This document shows, one piece after another, positions 54,320 to 64,000 of a stretch of 64,000 nucleotides of DNA. The stretch comes from Antedon mediterranea (Eukaryota > Animalia > Echinodermata): contig NC_092676.1 in NCBI RefSeq assembly GCF_964355755.1, forward strand, positions 13,130,771 through 13,194,770. Reading direction: 5' to 3'. The notes under the pieces are model-generated. The model did not search any database. It was given only the letters and a program-made list of their open reading frames with translations, and had not been told where the DNA came from. Each line of letters opens with the position of its first letter. The first letter of the stretch is position 1. A program made the position numbers and the translations under genes.

Positions 54320-54835
54320 ACACAAAAACATCAAAGTGTACAAAATAGCTTCAAATTGCATTTAGAGACGTTTTAGACCATTTTGTGCATTTCGATAAAA
54401 CTTTTCACACAAAAACATCAAATTGCACAAAATCGTTTTAAACCATTTTAAATCGTTTTAAACCATTTTGAGCATTTCGATAAAACTTTTCACAAAAAAC
54501 ATCAAAGTGTTTAGAATATCTTCAAATCACATTTGGAGACGTTTTAGACCATTTTTTGCATTTCGATGAAACTTGGTACACAAAAACATCAAAGTGTACA
54601 AAATAGCTTCAAATTGCATTTAGAGACGTTTTAGACCATTTTGTGCATTTCGATAAAACTTTTCACACAAAAACATCAAATTGCACAAAATCGTTTTAAA
54701 CCATTTTAAATCGTTTTAAACCATTTTGAGCATTTCGATAAAACTTTTCACAAAAAACATCAAAGTGTTTAGAATATCTTCAAATCACATTTGGAGACGT
54801 TTTAGACCATTTTTTGCATTTCGATGAAACTTGGT
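54320..54835 (+). repeat. Local tandem duplication, 258 bp period (3 monomers)
   Basis: G monomer at 54434 and 54692, with a chimeric junction monomer at 54540-54626. Confidence 0.88.
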
Positions 54836-56929
54836 TACACAAAAACATCAAAGTGCTTAAAATCACATTTGAAACCGTTTTAGAGCATTTTGAGCATTTC
54901 GATAAAACTTTTCACACAAAAACATCAAAGTGTACAAAATAGCTTCAAATCGCATTTAGAGACGTTTTAGACCATTTTGTGCATTTCGATAAAACTTTTC
55001 ACACAAAAACATCAAATTGCACAAAATAGCTTAATACCGTGTTTGAAATCGTTTTAAACCATTTTGAGCATGTCGATAAAACTTTTCACAAAAAAACATC
55101 AAAGTGCACAGAATAGCTTCAAATCGCATTTGGAGACGTTTTAAACCATTTTGAGCATTTCGATAAAACTTTTCACACAAAAACATCAAAGTGTACAAAA
55201 TAGCTTCAAATCGCATTTAGAGAGGTTTTAGACCATTTTGTGCATTTCGATAAAACTTTTCACACAAAAACATCAAATTGCACAAAATAGCTTAATATCG
55301 TGTTTGAAAACGTTTTAAACCATTTTGAGCATGTCGATAAAACTTTTCACACAAAAATATCAAAGCGCACAGAATATCTTCAAATCGCATTTAGAGACGT
55401 TTTAGACCATTTTGTGCATTTCGAAAAAATTTGTTAACATAAAAAGACCAAAGTGTTTAGAATATCTCCAAATCGCATTTGAAGACGTTTTAGACCATTT
55501 TGTGCATTTCGATGAAACTTGGTTACACAAAAACATCAAAGTGCTTAAAATCACATTTAAAACCGTTTTAGAGCGTTTTGAGCATTTCGATAAATTTTTC
55601 ACACAAAAACATCAAAGTGCACAAAATAGCTTCAAATCGCATTTAGAGATGTTTTAGACCATTTTGTGCATTTCGATAAAACTTTTCACACAAAAACATC
55701 AAATTGCACAAAATAGCTTAATACCGTGTTTGAAATCGTTTTAAACCATTTTGAGCATGTCGATAAAACTTTTCACACAAAAACATCAAAGTGTACAAAA
55801 TAGCTTCAAATCGCATTTAGAGAGGTTTTAGACCATTTTGTGCATTTCGATAAAACTTTTCACACAAAAACATCAAAGTGTACAAAATAGCTTCAAATCG
55901 CATTTGGAGACGTTTTAGACCATTTTGTGCATTTCGATGAAACTTGGTTACACAAAAACATCAAAGTGCTTAAAATTACATTTGAAAGCGTTTTAGAGCA
56001 TTTTGAGCATTTCGATAATACTTTTCACACAAAAACATCAAAGTGTACAAAATAGCTTCAAATCGCATTTGGAGACGTTTTAGACCATTTTGTGCATTTC
56101 GATGAAACTTGGTTACACAAAAACATCAAAGTGCTTAAAATCACATTTGAAACCGTTTTAGACCATTTTGAGCGTTTCGATAAAACTTTTCACACAAAAA
56201 CATCAAAGTGCACAAAATAGCTTCAAATCGCATTTGGAGACGTTTTAGACTATTTTGTGCATTTCGAAAAAATTTGTTAACATAAAAAGACCAAAGTGTT
56301 TAGAATATCTCCAAATCGCATTTGGAGACGTTTTAAACCATTTTGTGCATTTCGATGGAACTTGGTTACACAAAAACATCAAAGTGCTTAAAATCACATT
56401 TAAAACCGTTTTAGAGCATTTTGAGCATTTCGATAAAACTTTTCACACAAAAACATCAAAGTGTACAAAATAGCTTCAAATCGCATTTAGAGACGTTTTA
56501 GACCATTTTGTGCATTTTGTTAAAACTTTTCACACAAAAACATCAAATTGCACAAAATAGCTTAATATTGTGTTTGAAAACGTTTTAAACCATTTTGAGC
56601 ATGTCGATAAAACTTTTCACACAAAAATATCAAAGTGCCCAGAATATCTTCAAATCGCATTTAGAGACGTTTTAGACCATTTTGTGCATTTCAAAAATAT
56701 TTTAACATAAAAAGACCAAAGTGTTTAGATTTTCTCCAAATCGCATTTGGAGACGTTTTAGACCATTTTGTGTTTTTCGAAAAAACTTTTCACACAAAAA
56801 CATCAAAGTGTACAAAATTGCTTCAAATCGCATTTAGAGAGGTTTTAGACCATTTTGTGCATTTCGATAAAACTTTTCACACAAAAACATCAAAGTGCAC
56901 AGAATATCTTAATACCGTGTCTGAAATCG

Positions 56930-58112
56930 TTTTAAACCATTTTGAGCATGTCGATAAAACTTTTCACACAAAAACATCAAAGTGCACAGAATATCTTCAA
57001 ATCGCATTTAGAGACGTTTTAGACCATTTTGTGCATTTCGATAAAACTTTTCACACAAAAACATCAAATTGCACAAAATAGCTTAATATCGTGTTTGAAA
57101 ACGTTTTAAACCATTTTGAGCATGTCGATAAAACTTTTCACCAAAAAATATCAAAGTGCACAGAATATCTTCAAATCGCATTTAGAGACGTTTTAGACCA
57201 TTTTGTGCATTTCGATGAAACTTGGTTACACAAAAACATCAAAGTGCTTAAAATCACATTTAAAACCGTTTTAGAGCGTTTTGAGCATTTCGATAAACTT
57301 TTTACACAAAAACATCAAAGTGCACAAAATAGCTTCAAATCGCATTTAGAGATGTTTTAGACCATTTTGTGCATTTCGATAAAACTTTTCACACAAAAAC
57401 ATCAAATTGCACAAAATAGCTTAATACCGTGTTTGAAATCATTTTAAACCATTTTGAGCATGTCGATAAAACTTTTCACACAAAAACATCAAAGTGCACA
57501 GAATATCTTCAAATCGCATTTAGAGACGTTTTAGACCATTTTGTGCATTTCGATAAAACTTTTCACACAAAAACATCAAATTGCACAAAATAGCTTAATA
57601 TCGTGTTTGAAAACGTTTTAAACCATTTTGAGCATGTCGATAAAACTTTTCACCAAAAAATATCAAAGTGCACAGAATATCTTCAAATCGCATTTAGAGA
57701 CGTTTTAGACCATTTTGTGCATTTCGATGAAACTTGGTTACACAAAAACATCAAAGTGCTTAAAATCACATTTAAAACCGTTTTAGAGCGTTTTGAGCAT
57801 TTCGATAAACTTTTTACACAAAAACATCAAAGTGCACAAAATAGCTTCAAATCGCATTTAGAGATGTTTTAGACCATTTTGTGCATTTCGATAAAACTTT
57901 TCACACAAAAACATCAAATTGCACAAAATAGCTTAATACCGTGTTTGAAATCATTTTAAACCATTTTGAGCATGTCGATAAAACTTTTCACACAAAAACA
58001 TCAAAGTGCACAGAATATCTTCAAATCGCATTTAGAGACGTTTTAGACCATTTTGTGCATTTCGATAAAACTTTTCACACAAAAACATCAAATTGCACAA
58101 AATAGCTTAATA
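56930..58112 (+). repeat. Local tandem repeat, 512 bp period (6 monomers), ~2.3 copies
   Basis: ORF starts 57091 and 57603; private marker TTCACCAAAAAATATC at ~57141 and ~57653. Confidence 0.9.
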
Positions 58113-58629
58113 CCGTGTTTGAAATCGTTTTAAACCATTTTGAGCATGTCGATAAAACTTTTCACACAAAAACATCAAAGTGTACAAAATAGCTTCAAAT
58201 CGCATTTAGAGAGGTTTTAGACCATTTTGTGCATTTCGATAAAACTTTTCACACAAAAACATCAAAGTGTACAAAATAGCTTCAAATCGCATTTGGAGAC
58301 GTTTTAGACCATTTTGTGCATTTCGATGAAACTTGGTTACACAAAAACATCAAAGTGCTTAAAATTACATTTGAAAGCGTTTTAGAGCATTTTGAGCATT
58401 TCGATAATACTTTTCACACAAAAACATCAAAGTGTACAAAATAGCTTCAAATCGCATTTGGAGACGTTTTAGACCATTTTGTGCATTTCGATGAAACTTG
58501 GTTACACAAAAACATCAAAGTGCTTAAAATCACATTTGAAACCGTTTTAGACCATTTTGAGCGTTTCGATAAAACTTTTCACACAAAAACATCAAAGTGC
58601 ACAAAATAGCTTCAAATCGCATTTGGAGA

Positions 58630-59484
58630 CGTTTTAGACTATTTTGTGCATTTCGAAAAAAATTTGTTAACATAAAAAGACCAAAGTGTTTAGAATATCT
58701 CCAAATCGCATTTGGAGACGTTTTAAACCATTTTGTGCATTTCGATGGAACTTGGTTACACAAAAACATCAAAGTGCTTAAAATCACATTTAAAACCGTT
58801 TTAGAGCATTTTGAGCATTTCGATAAAACTTTTCACACAAAAACATCAAAGTGTACAAAATAGCTTCAAATCGCATTTAGAGACGTTTTAGACCATTTTG
58901 TGCATTTTGTTAAAACTTTTCACACAAAAACATCAAATTGCACAAAATAGCTTAATATTGTGTTTGAAAACGTTTTAAACCATTTTGAGCATGTCGATAA
59001 AACTTTTCACACAAAAATATCAAAGTGCCCAGAATATCTTCAAATCGCATTTAGAGACGTTTTAGACCATTTTGTGCATTTCGAAAAAATTTGTTAACAT
59101 AAAAAGACCAAAGTGTTTAGAATATCTCCAAATCGCATTTGGAGACGTTTTAAACCATTTTGTGCATTTCGATGGAACTTGGTTACACAAAAACATCAAA
59201 GTGCTTAAAATCACATTTAAAACCGTTTTAGAGCATTTTGAGCATTTCGATAAAACTTTTCACACAAAAACATCAAAGTGTACAAAATAGCTTCAAATCG
59301 CATTTAGAGACGTTTTAGACCATTTTGTGCATTTTGATAAAACTTTTCACACAAAAACATCAAATTGCACAAAATAGCTTAATATTGTGTTTGAAAACGT
59401 TTTAAACCATTTTGAGCATGTCGATAAAACTTTTCACACAAAAATATCAAAGTGCCCAGAATATCTTCAAATCGCATTTAGAGA
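58630..59484 (+). repeat. Two adjacent C-B-A-D-E pentamers (~427 bp period)
   Basis: C monomers near 58645, 59072 and 59499; 88+78+87+87+87=427. The copies differ (CATTTTGTTAAAA vs CATTTTGATAAAA). Confidence 0.8.
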
Positions 59485-61739
59485 CGTTTTAGACCATTTT
59501 GTGCATTTCGAAAAAATTTGTTAACATAAAAAGACCAAAGTGTTTAGATTATCTCCAAATCGCATTTGGAGACGTTTTAGACCATTTTGTGTTTTTCGAA
59601 AAAACTTTTCACACAAAAACATCAAAGTGTACAAAATTGCTTCAAATCGCATTTAGAGAGGTTTTAGACCATTTTGTGCATTTCGATAAAACTTTTCACA
59701 CAAAAACATCAAAGTGCACAGAATATCTTAATACCGTGTCTGAAATCGTTTTAAACCATTTTGAGCATGTCGATAAAACTTTTCACACAAAAACATCAAA
59801 GTGCACAGAATATCTTCAAATCGCATTTAGAGACGTTTTAGACCATTTTGTGCATTTCGAAAAAATTTGTTAACATAAAAAGACCAAAGTGTTTAGAATA
59901 TCTCCAAATCGCATTTGGAGACGTTTTAGACCATTTTGTGCATTTCGATGAAACTTGGTTACACAAAAACATCAAAGTGCTTAAAATCACATTTGAAACC
60001 GTTTTAGAGCATTTTGAGCATTTCGATAAAACTTTTCACACAAAAACATCAAAGTGTACAAAATAGCTTTAAATCACATTTGAAACCGTTTTAGACCATT
60101 TTGAGCATTTCGATAAAACTTTTCACACAAAAACATCAAAGTGTACAGAATAGCTTCAAATCGCATTTGGAGACGTTTTAGACCATTTTGTGCATTTCGA
60201 TGAAACTTGGTTACACAAAAACATCAAAGTGCTTAAAATCACATTTGAAACCGTTTTAGAGCATTTTTAACATTTCGATAATACTTTTCACACAAAAACA
60301 TCAAATTGCACAAAATAGCTTCAAATCACATTTGGAGACGTTTTAGACCATTTTGTGCATTTCGATGAAACTTGGTTACACAAAAACATCAAAGTGCTTA
60401 AAATCACATTTGAAACCGTTTTAGAGCATTTTGAGCATTTCGATAAAACTTTTCACACAAAAAAATCAAACTGCACAAAATAGCTTCAAATCGCATTTGG
60501 AGAGGTTTTAGACCATTTTGTGCATTTCGATAAAACTTTTCACACAAAAACATCAAAGTGTACAAAATAGCTTCAAATCGCATTTAGAGACCTTTTAGAC
60601 CATTTTGTGCATTTCGATAAAACTTTTCACACAAAAATATCAAATTGCACAAAATAGCTTAATATCGTGTTTGAAAACGTTTTAAACCATTTTGAGCATG
60701 TCGATAAAACTTTTCACAAAAAAATATCAAAGTGCACAGAATATCTTCAAATTGCATTTAGAGACGTTTTAGACCATTTTGTGCATTTCGATGAAACTTG
60801 GTTACACAAAAACATCAAAGTGCTTAAAATCACATTTAAAACCATTTTAGAGCGTTTTGAGCATTTCGATAAACTTTTTACACAAAAACATCAAAGTGCA
60901 CAAAATAGCTTCAAATCGCATTTAGAGATGTTTTAGACCATTTTGTGCATTTCGATAAAACTTTTCACACAAAAACATCAAATTGCACAAAATAGCTTAA
61001 TACCGTGTTTGAAATCATTTAAAACCATTTTGAGCATGTCGATAAAACTTTTCACACAAAAACATCAAAGTGCACAGAATATCTTCAAATCGCATTTAGA
61101 GACGTTTTAGACCATTTTGTGCATTTCGAAAAAATTTGTTAACATAAAAAGACCAAAGTGTTTAGAATATCTCCAAAACGCATTTGGAGACGTTTTAGAC
61201 CATTTTGTGCATTTCGATGAAACTTGGTTACACAAAAACATCAAAGTGCTTAAAATCACATTTGAAACCGTTTTAGAGCATTTTGAGCATTTCGATAAAA
61301 CTTTTCACACAAAAACATCAAAGTGTACAAAATAGCTTCAAATCACATTTGAAACCGTTTTAGACCATTTTGAGCATTTCGATAAAACTTTTCACACAAA
61401 AACATCAAAGTGTACAAAATAGCTTCAAATCGCATTTGGAGACGTTTTAGACCATTTTGTGCATTTCGATGAAACTTGGTTACACAAAAACATCAAAGTG
61501 CTTAAAATCACATTTGAAACCGTTTTAGAGCATTTTTAGCATTTCGATAATACTTTTCACACAAAAACATCAAAGTGTACAAAATAGCTTCAAATCGCAT
61601 TTGGAGACGTTTTAGACCATTTTGTGCATTTCGATGAAACTTGGTTACACAAAAACATCAAAGTGCTTAAAATCACATTTGAAACCGTTTTAGACCATTT
61701 TGAGCATTTCGATAAAACTTTTCACACAAAAAAATCAAA

Positions 61740-64000
61740 GTGCACAAAATAGCTTCAAATCGCATTTGGGGACGTTTTAGACTATTTTGTGCATTTCGAA
61801 AAAATTTGTTAACATAAAAAGACCAAAGTGTTTAGAATATCTCCAAATCGCATTTGGAGACGTTTTAAACCATTTTGTGCATTTCGATGGAACTTGGTTA
61901 CACAAAAACATCAAAGTGCTTAAAATCACATTTAAAACCGTTTTAGAGCATTTTTAGCATTTCGATAAAACTTTTCACACAAAAACATCAAAGTGTACAA
62001 AATAGCTTCAAATCGCATTTGGAGACGTTTTAGACCATTTTGTGCATTTCGATGAAACTTGGTTACACAAAAACATGAAATTGCTTAAAATCACATTTGA
62101 AACCGTTTTAGACCATTTTGAGCATTTCGATAAAACTTTTCACACAAAAAAATCAAAGTGCACAAAATAGCTTCAAATCGCATTTGGAGACGTTTTAGAC
62201 TATTTTGTGCATTTTGAAAAAATTTGTTAACATAAAAAGACCAAAGTGTTTAGAATATCTCCAAATCGCATTTGGAGACGTTTTAAACCATTTTGTGCAT
62301 TTCGATGGAACTTGGTTACACAAAAACATCAAAGTGCTTAAAATCACATTTAAAACCGTTTTAGAACATTTTGAGCATTTCGATAAAACTTTTCACACAA
62401 AAACATCAAATTGCACAAAATAGCTTAATACCGTGTTTGAAATCGTTTTAAACCATTTTGAGCATGTCGATAAAACTTTACACAAAAAAACATCAAAGTG
62501 CACAGAATAGCTTCAAATCGCATTTGGAGACGTTTTAAACCATTTTGTGCATTTCAATAAAACTTTTCACATAAAAACAACAAAGTGTACAAAATAGCTT
62601 CAAATCGCATTTAGAGACGTTTTAGACCATTTTGGGCATTTCGATGAAACTTGGTTACACAAATACATAAAAATGCTTAAAATCACATTTCAAACCGTTT
62701 TAGAGCATTTTGAGCATTTCGATAAAACTTTTCACACAAAAACATCAAAGTGCACAAAATAGCTTCAAATCGCATTTAGAGATGTTTTAGACCATTTTGT
62801 GCAATTCGATAAAACTTTTCACACAAAAACATCAAATTGCACAAAATAGCTTAATATCGTGTTTGAAAACGTTTTAGACCATTTTGAGCATGTCGATAAA
62901 ACTTTTCACACAAAAACATAAAAGTGAACAGAATAGCTTCAAATTGCATTTGGAGACGTTTTAGAGCATTTTGTGCATTTCGATAAAATGTGTTAACATA
63001 AAAAGACCAAAGTGTTTAGAATATCTTCAAATCACATTTGGAGACGTTTTAGACCATTTTTTGCATTTCGATGAAACTTGGTTACACAAAAACATCAAAG
63101 TGCTTAAAATCACATTTAAAACCGTTTTAGAGCATTTTGAGCATTTCAATAAAACTTTTCACACAAAAACATCAAAGTGTACAAAATAGCTTCAAATCGC
63201 ATTTAGAGAGGTTTTAGACCATTTTGTGCATTTCGATAAAACTTTTCACACAAAAACATCAAAGTGTACAAAATAACTTCAAATCGTATTTAGAGACGTT
63301 TTAGACCATTTTGTGCATTTTGATAAAACTTTTCACACAAAAACATCAAATTGCACGAAATAGCTTAATATCGTGTTTGAAAACGTTTTAAACCATTTTG
63401 AGCATGTCGATAAAACTTTTCACACAAAAATATCAAAGTGCACAGAATATCTTCAAATCGCATTTAGAGACGTTTTAGACCATTTTGTGCATTTCGAAAA
63501 AATTTGTTAACATAAAAAGACCAAAGTGTTTAGAATATCTCCAAATCGCATTTGGAGACGTTTTAGACCATTTTGTGTTTTTCAAAAAAAACTTTTCACA
63601 CAAAAACATCAAAGTGTACAAAATTCCTTCAAATCGCATTTGGAGACGTTTTAGACCATTTTGTGATTTTCGAAAAACTTTTCACACAAAAACATCAAAG
63701 TGTAGAAAATTGCTTCAAATCGCATTTAGAGATGTTTTAGACCATTTTGTGCATTTCGAAAAAATTTGTTAACATAAAAAGACCAAAGTGTTTAGAATAT
63801 CTCCAAATCGCATTTGGAGACGTTTTAGACCATTTTGTGCATTTCGATGACACTTGGTTACACAAAAACATCAAAGTGCTTAAAATCACATTTAAAACCG
63901 TTTTAGAGCGTTTTGAGCATTTCGATAAACTTTTCAAACAAAAACATCAAAGTGTACAAAATAGCTTCAAATCGTATTTGGAGACGTTTTAGACCATTTT
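61740..64000 (+). repeat. Copy of the 4.1 kb module cut by the window end (start approximate)
   Basis: ORF starts 62205, 62971, 63485 and 63747 match 5002, 5767, 6281 and 6542 at +57203 to +57205. Confidence 0.82.

Larger units (their letters stand above)
1..64000. repeat. Tandem satellite DNA array, ~87 bp monomer family (77-88 bp variants), single orientation, running off both window ends
   Basis: The anchor CGTTTTA(G/A)A recurs at 1, 88, 166, 253, 341, 419, 506, 593, 680 and 768 (spacings 87, 78, 87, 88, 78, 87, 87, 87, 88). The same motifs continue to position 64000 with no unique intervening sequence. Confidence 0.99.

Noticed and set aside
267-63992. About 100 short ORFs (61-147 aa) such as MCISKKFVNIKRPK...
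   Set aside because: They are translations of the satellite. Plus-strand ORFs start at TTG/GTG inside the repeat and most end at the recurrent AAATAG stop. They persist because 87 and 78 are multiples of 3. Sibling copies are freely broken by stops and frameshifts, and there is no gene context.
1-64000. CRISPR-like array (partly palindromic repeats at ~80-90 bp spacing)
   Set aside because: The would-be spacers are homologous to each other and repeated hundreds of times. There are no unique spacers, leader or cas genes.
1-64000. Assignment to a named satellite (e.g. primate alpha satellite) or organism
   Set aside because: The dimer length is similar to known centromeric monomers, but I do not recognise the sequence. 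Assignment needs a BLAST/Dfam/Repbase search, and centromere function needs CENP-A data.
1-64000. Transposon insertion, MITE or strand inversion within the array
   Set aside because: I saw no non-satellite segment, target-site duplication or switch to reverse-complement monomers. The inverted arms are internal to each monomer.

Overview
The whole 64 kb window is one uninterrupted, head-to-tail, AT-rich tandem satellite array (first monomer 28/87 G+C, about 32%), most likely eukaryotic centromeric or pericentromeric DNA. I cannot name the organism or satellite family. There are roughly 750 monomers (64000/~85), each starting at CGTTTTA(G/A)A. They fall into recurring classes: A 87 bp, B 78 bp, C 88 bp, D 87 bp, E 87 bp, and rarer F 88 bp and G 85 bp types. 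I see no credible genes, RNA genes, CRISPR array, transposon insertion or inversion, and the ORF track is a by-product of the repeat. The interesting content is structural. Each monomer is a nested quasi-palindrome with A/T tracts phased at about 10 bp. Monomers pair into 165-174 bp dimers, and larger indels tend to keep ~10 bp phase or total length. Several variants improve the inverted repeats. Above the monomer level there is no fixed higher-order repeat, only a patchwork of 0.25-4 kb modules copied locally and at long range. Coordinates and offsets were counted by eye or taken from the ORF track and need confirmation by alignment.
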